38,741 nt of DNA, taken from NCBI GenBank assembly GCA_900554225.1, contig USGH01000002.1, positions 1 through 38,741 of the forward strand, written 5' to 3'. This DNA is from an uncultured Eubacteriales bacterium (GTDB lineage: Bacteria; Bacillota; Clostridia; Oscillospirales; CAG-272). A model generated the notes under the pieces. It had not been told where the DNA came from. It saw only the letters and a program-made list of their open reading frames with translations, and did no database searches. Positions within the stretch are counted from its first letter, which is position 1. Every line of letters begins with the position of its first letter. Both the position numbers and the translations under genes were made by a program. Positions 1 through 9,200 of this stretch are shown piece after piece.

Positions 1-262
1 GGGCGGAGTGCGTCATGCCGGAACATCCGATGGTCTCCACGAGAGCTTCCTCGATGACACCGTCCTTGACGTTCAGGGTCAGCTTGCACGCGCCCTGCTG
101 CGGAGCACACCAGCCCACACCGTGGGTCAGACCGGAAATGTCCTTGATCTCGTATGCCTTGACCCATTTGCCCTCTTCAGGGATGGGAGCAGGACCGTGG
201 TTGGGTCCCTTGGCAACGGTACACATGGTTTCTACTTCATGTGAGTAAGCAATATTGCCCAT
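1..262 (-). CDS. IscU/NifU-like Fe-S scaffold-fold protein, N-terminal part (gene runs off the left edge)
   Basis: Absent from the ORF track because it is open at the window edge. Reverse-strand ATG at 262-260, preceded by AAAGGAG. Translation: MGNIAYSHEVETMCTVAKGPNHGPAPIPEEGKWVKAYEIKDISGLTHGVGWCAPQQGACKLTLNVKDGVIEEALVETIGCSGMTHSA. The segment C-x-L-x-L-x-VKDGVI...ETIGCSG resembles the IscU/NifU N-terminal fold. The family assignment is from memory only. Confidence 0.55.
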   Translation of the reverse strand, partial: MGNIAYSHEVETMCTVAKGPNHGPAPIPEEGKWVKAYEIKDISGLTHGVGWCAPQQGACKLTLNVKDGVIEEALVETIGCSGMTHSA

Positions 263-372
263 TTTGAAAAACTCCTTTTTTGCGATTCACTTTTCGATGG
301 AGAAAAGAGTGTTCTGCGCCGGACGGTGGGACGAACGCCCCGTATGCGGACAGCACATTCTCGTCAACCTAT

Positions 373-401
373 ATTATAATACAAAACCGACCGCACGTCA
401 A
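373..401 (-). promoter_or_regulatory. SigA-type promoter for the IscU-like gene
   Basis: On the minus strand: TTGACG (401-396), 17-nt spacer, TATAAT (378-373). It lies about 110 nt upstream of the ATG at 262. Confidence 0.55.
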
Positions 402-428
402 CGGGTTTGCTCCCCCATGGCGCAAAAT

Positions 429-1613
429 TTACGGTTTTTTTGCAATTTTCGCGGGCTTCGTGACGATCAGCGCCTGCACACGTGCGCACAGGGACGCGTA
501 TTCCGTGTGCTCTCGCAGCGGCGCAAAGGCTTCCCCGGTCAGCCTTGCGTAGATTCTGCTGGGAATGATACAGTTACAGGTGCCCATATTTCCCATGAAC
601 TTGGAAAAGAATATGATCCGCTCGAGAGGTCTGTCCGGATGGTTGTCGGTGCTATGCCAATCCTCTCTTGCCCGCCAGTCGATGCCGTCGAGGAAGCGGC
701 AGGAGGTTGGCATCGGCACCTCCTCCGTGATCCGCACCGTATTCTCCAACAGTCGCACGGCACCCTCCAGCCTTCGCATCGCTTCTTCCGTGTCTCCGAG
801 GCGGAGGGCACGCTGCGCCAAAGAGAACGCGAGATCCAGACGCGCATCTGTCCACATATCCGGACCGTCGTCGGCGGCGTCGCGGCGGAACACGGTAAGC
901 AGGGATTCCCGATACCAAGCGGCGGCGTCCTGCTCCTCCGGCGTGGCGTTTCGCGGGAGCAGATACCGGTCGTCATTCAGAAGCTTTGCCATTGCATCTT
1001 GCAGCTGGTACATCCGCTCCGGCTCAAACCGCTCCATGTCGCCGCGCCAGAAGTATCGGTTGAAAAGCAAAGCGCGCGCGGAACAGTCAAAGGCTGTGGT
1101 GTGCGTATCGAGAAAATCCTGCAAATGTTCTTCATCCTCGACGATAGACATGGTCGCGATGACACTTTCTCTCATCGGATACAGCTCCAGATAGGCGTTT
1201 GCCAACAGCCGCACCTCCGGCAGTATCCGCGGATCGCCGAACGCCCGGGTGTTTCCTTCCACCCACGGCCGCCATGCGTCGTTGCAGCGGATGTAATTCC
1301 GGCGTATGTCCCGTAGCAGCGCCACAATCCGCTCCGCGTCGTAATCCGGCTTCACGCATTCCCGGCGCAGCTCGTCCAGGGTCTCGGTCGCGCGCTTTTC
1401 CTTTTCCACCTCCGGCATTCCAAGCAGCTCGTCCGCGGTGATGGACAGTGCCTGCGCGATGGCGGGCAGAAGCTCCAGGTCTGGGTACGTGGCGCCGTTC
1501 TCCCAGCGGCTGACAGACTGATAGGTCACGCCCAGCCGTTCGGCAAGCTCCTCCTGGGTCAGATCGTGCTTTTTGCGATACGCGCGGATGTTTTCTCCAA
1601 TCATCAGTTTCAT
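429..1613 (-). CDS. XRE-family HTH transcriptional regulator with a long helical (TPR-like) C-terminal domain
   Basis: The N-terminus IRAYRKKHDLTQEELAERLGVTYQSVSRWENGATYPDLELLPAIAQALSITADELLG is a classic Cro/C1 HTH_3 motif. The remaining ~320 aa are helical and repeat-like. SD GGGAGGA lies upstream of the ATG. Confidence 0.9.
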   Translation of the reverse strand: MKLMIGENIRAYRKKHDLTQEELAERLGVTYQSVSRWENGATYPDLELLPAIAQALSITADELLGMPEVEKEKRATETLDELRRECVKPDYDAERIVALLRDIRRNYIRCNDAWRPWVEGNTRAFGDPRILPEVRLLANAYLELYPMRESVIATMSIVEDEEHLQDFLDTHTTAFDCSARALLFNRYFWRGDMERFEPERMYQLQDAMAKLLNDDRYLLPRNATPEEQDAAAWYRESLLTVFRRDAADDGPDMWTDARLDLAFSLAQRALRLGDTEEAMRRLEGAVRLLENTVRITEEVPMPTSCRFLDGIDWRAREDWHSTDNHPDRPLERIIFFSKFMGNMGTCNCIIPSRIYARLTGEAFAPLREHTEYASLCARVQALIVTKPAKIAKKP

Positions 1614-1864
1614 GGGTTGTCCTCCCGTTCAAAATCGTTTGTCTTTCGTCGACTGTCTATAGTATACCGGAAGGGCGGCGGAAAAGCAATAACGCGTTTT
1701 GCGAGAAAAACTGTCGGGATGTGTTATAGCGCGCGAATGCGGGGGAGCGCGGGCTATGGCGTGAGATTTTCCCCGCGCCACAGGCGGCATATCCCGTGCG
1801 CCCTATCGGAATGGGAAGCGGGATGGAATTTCCGCACGTTTTCAAAAAAACTTTGTAAATCCCC

Positions 1865-1893
1865 TTGACAAACGTTCATGCCTGTGGTATAAT
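1865..1893 (+). promoter_or_regulatory. Consensus SigA promoter driving tRNA-Pro
   Basis: Perfect TTGACA (1865-1870), 17-nt spacer, perfect TATAAT (1888-1893). It ends 12 nt before the tRNA 5' end. Confidence 0.8.
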
Positions 1894-1905
1894 ATCAACG
1901 TTCGT

Positions 1906-1979
1906 CGGGGTGTGGCTCAGTTTGGTAGAGTGCTTGGTTCGGGACCAAGAGGCCGCTGGTTCAAGTCCAGTCACTCCGA
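1906..1979 (+). tRNA. tRNA-Pro (anticodon CGG)
   Basis: Hand-folded cloverleaf. Acceptor stem CGGGGTG/CACTCCG with discriminator A. Anticodon stem CTTGG/CCAAG with loop TTCGGGA (anticodon CGG). T-arm GCTGG-TTCAAGT-CCAGT. No CCA is encoded. Confidence 0.9.
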
Positions 1980-1984
1980 TCCGC

Positions 1985-2015
1985 AAAAGGATGTCCGTAT
2001 GGATGTCCTTTTTTT
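1985..2015 (+). terminator. Rho-independent terminator after tRNA-Pro
   Basis: AAAAGGATGTCC-GTAT-GGATGTCCTTTTTTT. The stem has 8 bp (two G-U pairs) and can be extended by A-U pairs. It has a tetraloop and a T7 run. Confidence 0.6.
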
Positions 2016-2152
2016 GCTTTTCACGGCGTGACCCCCTGTGCGGAGCGGGACTGTCCGCTTCGGATGTGCCATCGTCTCCGCGCCTACCCTCCGCCGCGCC
2101 GCCGCTTTGTCCCAGATTCTGTCGAATTTTCCGTAAAAATCGCGGCAGGCTC

Positions 2153-2181
2153 TTGCAAATCGGGCAAGGCTGTGGTATACT
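2153..2181 (+). promoter_or_regulatory. Candidate promoter for the decarboxylase beta-subunit operon (about 280-nt leader)
   Basis: TTGCAA (2153-2158), 17-nt spacer, TATACT (2176-2181). Confidence 0.45.
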
Positions 2182-2466
2182 ATCGGCATGTGCAAATCCG
2201 GTGTGTTTGCATGGGCTATAAAAGGGAGTAACCGACGGGAGCTTTCCCGTGTCTCCGGCGTCAATCACGGTGTATCCGCTTTTTCGGCGGCATATGCCCG
2301 CTTGGGACTGAAACGGTAAGACTTTTATCGAAAATGAGGCGGCGTCTGGCGGTCGTTTTTTCGATAGAGGTCTATTTTTTATGTCCGGGAACGCGCGGGG
2401 GAGGCAAATACAATAAGGAGAGCAGGACATACGCGTCCGTCACAGGGGCAGCGGTCCTGCAAGGTT

Positions 2467-3594
2467 ATGCTGGAGTTATTTTCCAACGCCACAAACATCA
2501 CATGGCAAATGGTTGTCATGTGGGCAATCGGCGCGCTCCTCATCTATTTGGCGATCAAAAAGGATATGGAGCCGACCCTGCTTCTGCCGCTCGGCTTCGG
2601 TACGATTCTCGTGAATCTGCCGCTGTCGGGCGCCGTGACGCAGATCTACGAAAACGTCCCCGAGATCGGCGTGATCGACGTGCTGTTTGACGCGGGGATC
2701 GCGAACGAGCTGTTCCCGCTTCTGCTGTTCGTCGGGATCGGCGCGATGATTGACTTTGAGCCGCTGCTCACCAATCCGAAGCTGATGATTTTCGGCGCGG
2801 CGGCGCAGTTCGGGATCTTCTTCACGTTCTCGATGGCAGCACTGTTCGGCTTTGACATCCGTGACGCGGCGGCGATCGGCATCATCGGCGCTGCGGACGG
2901 ACCGACCTCCATCTTTGTGGCGAACTACCTCGGCTCGAAGTACCTTGGCGCGATCATGGTGGCGGCGTATTCATACATGGCGCTGGTGCCGATTGTGCAG
3001 CCTCCGGTGATCCGTCTGCTGACGACGAAGAACGAGCGGCGGATCCGGATGCCGTACCAGCAGAAGAAGATCTCGAAGCGCGTAAAGATCCTGTTCCCGA
3101 TCCTCATCACGATGATCACGGGCATTGTATCCCCGCGCAGTGTGGCACTGATCGGCTTTCTGATGTTCGGCAACCTGATCCGGGAATGCGGGGTGCTGGA
3201 TTCGCTGTCGGAGACGGCGCAGAAGGTGCTGTCGAATCTGGTGACGCTCTTTTTGGGGATCACGATTGCGACGAAGATGCAGGCGGAGTACTTCCTGACG
3301 ACGGACACGCTGCTGATTCTCGCGCTCGGCCTGGTGGCGTTCATCTTTGATACGGCGGGCGGCGTGATCGTGGCGAAGATCATCAACCTGTTCCTGCCGA
3401 AGGAGAAGAAGCTGAACCCGATGATCGGCGCGGCGGGGATCTCGGCGTTCCCGATGTCGGCGCGGGTGGTGCACAAGATGGGTCTGAAGGAGGATCCGCA
3501 GAACTTCCTGCTGATGCACTCGATCGGCGTAAACGTATCGGGGCAGATCGCGTCCGTGATCGCGGGCGGACTGATCTTAAATCTGCTGGGCTAA
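2467..3594 (+). CDS. Sodium-ion-translocating decarboxylase beta subunit (OadB/GcdB/MmdB family)
   Basis: 375-aa polytopic membrane protein. The N-terminus ...LIYLAIKKDMEPTLLLPLGFGTILVNLP... matches the conserved KK-x-EPLLLLPIGFG start of OadB-type subunits, and AADGPTSIFVA and GISAFPMSARV blocks are present. Confidence 0.9.
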   Translation: MLELFSNATNITWQMVVMWAIGALLIYLAIKKDMEPTLLLPLGFGTILVNLPLSGAVTQIYENVPEIGVIDVLFDAGIANELFPLLLFVGIGAMIDFEPLLTNPKLMIFGAAAQFGIFFTFSMAALFGFDIRDAAAIGIIGAADGPTSIFVANYLGSKYLGAIMVAAYSYMALVPIVQPPVIRLLTTKNERRIRMPYQQKKISKRVKILFPILITMITGIVSPRSVALIGFLMFGNLIRECGVLDSLSETAQKVLSNLVTLFLGITIATKMQAEYFLTTDTLLILALGLVAFIFDTAGGVIVAKIINLFLPKEKKLNPMIGAAGISAFPMSARVVHKMGLKEDPQNFLLMHSIGVNVSGQIASVIAGGLILNLLG

Positions 3595-3612
3595 GGATAG
3601 GAGGAGAGAACC

Positions 3613-3771
3613 ATGACGATAGATGTAGCGGAATTTTTGCAGACGCTGCCGATCATGCTCAAGGGCATGGCGGGCATCTACATTGTGACGGCGGTGATCA
3701 TCGTGATGATGGTGCTGCTTGTCCGGCTGGCGGCGGATCGCGGCGGCAAGGGCGATGGCGAAAACGAATAA
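3613..3771 (+). CDS. Small single-TM membrane protein, probable OadG-like decarboxylase gamma/delta subunit
   Basis: 52 aa: MTIDVAEFLQTLPIMLKGMAGIYIVTAVIIVMMVLLVRLAADRGGKGDGENE. SD GGAGGAG is 5 nt upstream and the gene starts 18 nt after the beta-subunit stop. It is below the ORF-track length cutoff. Confidence 0.6.
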   Translation: MTIDVAEFLQTLPIMLKGMAGIYIVTAVIIVMMVLLVRLAADRGGKGDGENE

Positions 3772-3988
3772 ATAGTCGCGATTGCGGTGAAAAAATGCAG
3801 AAAACAAGACGCTTGTTCGGGATTCGGGCAGGCGTTTTGTGATTCTACAGTTGTGTACAGGGAAGCGGCGCGGAATTGTTCATGGATTGGGACAGTGGAA
3901 AACGGGCGATTTTGGAAAATATACGAAAAAATGCGGCAGGACAAGGACAAATTTTGCATAGGTCAGCAGAAAATTTTTGAAAAAGGGC

Positions 3989-4017
3989 TTGCCAGACGGC
4001 AAAATTTGTAGTAAAAT
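3989..4017 (+). promoter_or_regulatory. Candidate promoter for the GH20 gene
   Basis: TTGCCA (3989-3994), 17-nt spacer, TAAAAT (4012-4017). Confidence 0.35.
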
Positions 4018-4125
4018 AGTAGCCACAAAGGTATTCATATTTTTCCGCATCCTGCGCGCGTCATGGCGGTGCGCATCGAGCGCGGCGTGACGCCCATGCC
4101 GGGACGGAAAGAAAAGGAGCAACAT

Positions 4126-6255
4126 ATGAAGCACAAGACACTGCGCACCCTACTTTGCGTGATCCTGACGGTATGCTTCTGCCTATCCGCCATCGCGCCC
4201 GTATCCGCAGCCGGTCTGTTCAGCGGAGACACCGGCGCGGCAAGCATTTTTGACGAATGGATCCGGAGCCTGAAGGATCGGTTCATTGAAAAGAACCCCG
4301 GCACGGACGAAACCCCGGCGGAACAGACGGCTACGGGGGATAATTTCATCCGCATTTTCCACCTCGACTGTGGGCGGAAGTATTTCTCCGTGGAACAGAT
4401 TGAAGCAATTATCGATCAGCTGGCGGCGAATCACTATACCCATATTGAGCTGGCGTTCGGTAATGACGGATTCCGGTTTTTACTGGATGAAAAAGACGCA
4501 TCTAACAAAGACATTACTTTCTATAATGATGGCAAAAAAGACTATACGCTGAGTGAGATCAATACTGCAATTCATAATGCAAATGTTGAGTATTGTCAGT
4601 ATAGTGATAATAAGTACGAATTGACCCAGAACGAGATGGATAGCATTATCAATTATGCATCTGGAAAGGGTATCGGTGTAATTCCGCTCCTGAACATTCC
4701 GGGGCATACCAATACTTTGGTTAATGCTATGTCTGCTATTGGAGCACCTGTATCTCCATTTACGAGCAATAATAACTCTAAGGGATATCCCACACAGTCT
4801 TTCAATGTTTTAACTGAGGGTACGGCTGAATTTGTTATTGCGTTCGTAAAAAAATATGTGGATTACTTTGCTGAAAAGGAATGTACATATTTTAACTTTG
4901 GGGCAGATGAATGCGGTTACGATAATTTCTCGAAGGAACAGTACACGGCTCTTGCTAGTATGCTGACAAATATTGTAAGTTATATTAAAGCTAACAATAT
5001 GACCCCTATGATGTTCAACGATGGACTTCGTTCTACTAATAGCCTTGCCGACAGCCTTGCAAGTAATAAAAGTATTGCGGTATGCTTCTGGGAAATGCAA
5101 AAGAATTACTATACAGCCGAACAGCTTAAGAGCAAAGGCTTTACTGTAATCAATACGCATAATAAGTGGTATTATGTGGCTGGTAACGGAAATTCTACTA
5201 GCAAGAATTGGTCTGATTGGGCGTATCATTATGATTATGCACAGGAAGGCATTGATACATATGGTTGCAAGAGCGTTGATGGCGGCGGTACTGCTGACAA
5301 AGGCTGCATGCTTGCATACTGGTGCGATGACCCAACGGCAAACTATGACTCTACAGAACGGAGTCGAGTATATGAATTGATCGGTCGTCTCGCAAACAAC
5401 AACCCCGACTACTTCAAAGCACCCGTAACTCCCACTATTACTGTATCTGCAAATTTCCTTACGGTAGATGGTACAGCAACGTTGTCTACTTCGGATGGCT
5501 CGTTGGCAACGTGGGCAAGCAGTGATGAAAAGGTTCTTGTTCTTGAGGTTGTTGCAACAAAGGACGTTGTTGTTGCAACAAAGGACGTTACAGCAGCTTC
5601 TGTCACTGTACGCGCAGTTGGCGCAGGTACCGCAACAGTTACCGCAAAATTATCCGACGGAACCACACTGACTTCTGAGACGATTACGGTACGGAATAAA
5701 GGGGAAGTGACGGATGAGGAAAGAACGGTTACTGTAACTGTAGGACAAACGCTCACCCTTCCTGAAACCATTTCCGGACAGTACGATGGAACACAGGAAA
5801 ATGAATTTGCTAAGGTGGAAGCGGCATCCAGAGAAGTTGCCGGCGAGACTACGTATACAAAAAAAGGTCTGCCGATTGCGGGAGAGTCTGCAAAATACTA
5901 TATTTCTTCAAACAAAAATGATTCTTCTCCGACAATTGAAATTACAATTGTACAGGATACTGACGAAAATTACTATTTGAAGAATACGAAGGGGCAGTAT
6001 ATCTATCCTACATATAATTATAATGGTTATACTGTTGCTACCAGCAATACTAAAAAGAGTGTAAATATTTCTGGCGATATAAATAGTGGCTTCATAATTA
6101 GCTGTGGTTTTATCTATAGATATAACACCTATCAAGCGTATCTGAATATTTCGAATGACACCTTAACAAGTAATTACAACTCCCAGAACCTCTATCTCTA
6201 CGAACAAAAACCAACGCCCGCAGGCTACGAAACTGTTGTTACTGTAACCGGTTAA
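4126..6255 (+). CDS. Secreted GH20-family beta-N-acetylhexosaminidase-like glycosidase with Big_2 Ig-like domain. This is the N-terminal segment, ending at an in-frame TAA.
   Basis: I place the start at ATG 4126 (AAAGGAG SD, 7 nt upstream), not 4063. Signal peptide MKHKTLRTLLCVILTVCFCLSAIAPVSAAG. IFHLDCGRKYFSVEQIEAIIDQLAANHYTHIELAFGNDGFRF and NFGADECG fit the GH20 (dispersin/lacto-N-biosidase-like) TIM barrel. VTVRAVGAGTATVTAKLSDGTT fits Big_2. Confidence 0.85.
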   Translation: MKHKTLRTLLCVILTVCFCLSAIAPVSAAGLFSGDTGAASIFDEWIRSLKDRFIEKNPGTDETPAEQTATGDNFIRIFHLDCGRKYFSVEQIEAIIDQLAANHYTHIELAFGNDGFRFLLDEKDASNKDITFYNDGKKDYTLSEINTAIHNANVEYCQYSDNKYELTQNEMDSIINYASGKGIGVIPLLNIPGHTNTLVNAMSAIGAPVSPFTSNNNSKGYPTQSFNVLTEGTAEFVIAFVKKYVDYFAEKECTYFNFGADECGYDNFSKEQYTALASMLTNIVSYIKANNMTPMMFNDGLRSTNSLADSLASNKSIAVCFWEMQKNYYTAEQLKSKGFTVINTHNKWYYVAGNGNSTSKNWSDWAYHYDYAQEGIDTYGCKSVDGGGTADKGCMLAYWCDDPTANYDSTERSRVYELIGRLANNNPDYFKAPVTPTITVSANFLTVDGTATLSTSDGSLATWASSDEKVLVLEVVATKDVVVATKDVTAASVTVRAVGAGTATVTAKLSDGTTLTSETITVRNKGEVTDEERTVTVTVGQTLTLPETISGQYDGTQENEFAKVEAASREVAGETTYTKKGLPIAGESAKYYISSNKNDSSPTIEITIVQDTDENYYLKNTKGQYIYPTYNYNGYTVATSNTKKSVNISGDINSGFIISCGFIYRYNTYQAYLNISNDTLTSNYNSQNLYLYEQKPTPAGYETVVTVTG
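5548..5589 (+). repeat. Perfect 21-bp in-frame tandem duplication (2 copies) inside the GH20 gene
   Basis: GTTGTTGCAACAAAGGACGTT occurs at 5548-5568 and again at 5569-5589, giving VVATKDV-VVATKDV. Confidence 0.95.
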
Positions 6256-6273
6256 AAAGTTACGACTGCCCCC

Positions 6274-9200
6274 GTGGAAATGATCGTCGGAACGGTGCGG
6301 TACTTGATCACGGTCACTGCGGAAGATTTGTCCAGCGTAACGCCGCTGCCGATTCAGTTGTGGATTACGAATAACACCATCGAAGGCTCCGGCACAAACG
6401 CAAAAACAACAACAGGCAAAGACTGGGGCGGTGACGGAAGCCTTGGTGGCGCGCGGTATATCAGTGTTCCGGCTACCACTGCAAATGCTACATCATCTGT
6501 CTATAGCGAAGCAGGTATGCTTGTTGTGGATGCTTTTGCAGCAGCCGGTATGACAGAACCGCTGAAACGCTATGAGTGGGGCGGCACACGTTTCATAACT
6601 GCAAAAGATGATAAAGCTGCACAGGATCTTGTGTTCTGGACAGGACGTATCCATAACTCGACGGATAGCAATATTCAGAACGTCTGGGGTGGAGACTTCT
6701 CCACGAGCGGCGAAGCATTTACTTATGTCAGATACTATGGCAAAACATGGTCTGTTTCAGCCGATGGTGTGAACTGGACGGACGTTAAAGGTAATGGCTC
6801 CACCGGTACGTATAGTAGCTGCAAACAACAGCTTGCTGCATACTATATGACCCGGACGAAGATCACCGACGAAGTTACCACAGACGTTGCTGACTGGGGC
6901 GAACCGAAGGATAGTACGAAGTATACTTCGCAGGTTAATACTGATTTCGTCCTGCTTGACTTTGCAGTGAAGTATGAAGACGGTACACGTAGCCCCAATA
7001 CATTCCCGGTTTCAAACAAAACGCTTGCATATCACTGTGAGAGCAACAATGCAGCTTGTGGGACTGACAGCAGCGGAAATCGGTATCGTATGCTCAATAA
7101 CTTCCGGGCAGTCAATACGAGCGATTTTGAAGTGTACATGGTTACGGTTACCATGACAAATGATGTTGCTACTGGTTATGATAAAGACGGTAACTCCGTA
7201 ATGCTCACTGCTGCCCAAGCCACTGCTTCCCAAGCCAAAGATGGGTACGAATATAAAGGTGTGGAACAGATCGTTTGGGCGATCGATGAGGAAGCCAGAG
7301 CCAACAGCAAGCTCAATGACTACTCCGCTATTTCCGGCAGCACTACCTACAGTGGCTGCAAGATCGGCGGCGAACCGTATGTTCGTGGTGTAGAAATATA
7401 CAACAAACATGGCGCGCTCATCACGTACTATATCCGCGCAAAAGAGAGTGACAGCAACCTCATTGTACACTATCTGGACAGAAGTGCCGGAGACAAGGAA
7501 TTTTACAGCTACAATATTGTAGTAAGTGGCAATACGCTCTTTGATGAGAGCTTTGCTCAGGTAAAAGAGAATTCCAAGGAACTCACTGGCAACAAGGTAA
7601 CCAATAAGTACAATGTTGAGCAGACCGTATCCGCAGACCTGTCTACGATGCCTGCAATTTCTGCACAGTATCGGTATGTTGACTACACATGCGTGGAAGT
7701 AAAGCGTTCTGACGATGGTAAGGAAGTATTCCTTTACTACACATTCGATGCAGATGTATCGTTCGTGGTGGACTTTGGTCTCCCGCTGACAATTCCGTAT
7801 GCCGCATTGAATGAAAACCTTTCCAACCCCAGCGTAGAGATTACGAAAATCAAAGCAGGCACAGCAAAATACGGTATTTTGTCTGTAAACGGGACAGAGA
7901 GTATCACGTACACACCCAACCAAACCATTGATACAAACGATTCCTTTAACGTAACCTGTACAGGTACGATTCCAGTAAAGGATGAGACAACAGGGCAAAC
8001 AACGTATCAGCAAGGTGAAGTAACCTATACCGTGTACATCATCCCCGCAACCAATGTGTACTATGAGGAAACGTTCACTTCCACAACCGCAAATGGAAAC
8101 TGGTCGCTTTTCGAAACTGCAAATGATGTAGAGCAAACATGTGATGAAAATGTTTCAGGTACTCCGGGTGGCGACATTTACGGCTTCGACACAAACATCC
8201 ATGATTCACACTACAATAAGGATGCAAGTGGCAACAACACCACGCTCAAAGCTCTCACATATTCCAATGGACAGGCATACAAGGCTACACTGTCTCTGCC
8301 TGAGGGCAAAAAGAATGTGATGACTTCTACCACAGTGGACTTCACATTTAAAGGTACCGGTTTCGACCTGATTTCTGAATGCGGTAATGACACGGGTATT
8401 CTCCTTGTAACGATCGACAGCAGATCGAAGACAAATGGAGCCGCGAATGTAAGCAAGGGTTACCTTGTCGATACATACTTCTGCGGTGATACCAATGGCA
8501 CTATGTCTATTGGTGATTATCTGTGGCAGGTTCCAGTTGTACGTGATTTGAAACTTCCGTATGATACCTATGACGTAAAGGTTTATGGTATCGTAACAAA
8601 ATCCTCCGGCGTTGTGGTAGGACCTGTTGCTGAAACAGCTGCTCTCGCAATGGATATTTCCGATGGTTCTACCAGTGATCTGATTGCTGATATTCTTGCT
8701 GACTGTGGTATCTCCAACCTGTCCGTTGACGACGTGGAAGTCATTTACATGGATGAAAACAGTGTTCTCAATGGTGGTACAGGTACTGCATCCAGTGACA
8801 TTATTCGTGACAAGGTTTCTATCCAGTCGGTGGCGGAAATAAATGCTGTAACCTATCCTGTCGTTGCGAACTGCTATGTAGACGGTTTCCGTGTATATGG
8901 TGCGCTCGGTAACACAGAAACAGTATCTGTCGATGCTTACACAAACGATAAGGAAAACAAAGTCAAGTATATGTCCATCTGGGATGCTGCCGCAAAGTCT
9001 CTTATGACAGGCACTTATTACGTCGAGTATAAAGGTGCTGTTGGCACAGATACGGTGGCTATCGCGGATTACAAAAAGAATGGTCCTGAAAATGAGATAT
9101 ATCTCGCACAAGGTCAGAGTATTGCGTTCGCCATTGATAAATGGGGAAATAATTATAAGCTTGATGTTAGTGCAAAGGTAGTAAAGGGAAGTCCGAAATT

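Noticed and set aside
255-1316. 353-aa plus-strand ORF, with nested ORFs at 565-1194, 539-976 and 1132-1632
   Set aside because: It is antisense to, or out of frame with, the well-supported XRE regulator gene. Its translation is Arg/Pro/Gly-rich and low in complexity, as is typical of shadow ORFs in GC-rich DNA. No SD is present.
1876-2430. 184-aa minus-strand ORF, with 1865-2221 (plus) and 1971-2264 (minus)
   Set aside because: They overlap the tRNA-Pro gene, its terminator and a promoter-containing intergenic region. They have no SD and a low-complexity translation.
3787-4011. 74-aa plus-strand ORF (MKKCRKQDACSGFG...) between the decarboxylase and GH20 genes
   Set aside because: There is no convincing SD, it overlaps the candidate GH20 promoter, and it has no motif. 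I treat it as intergenic, though a small protein cannot be excluded.
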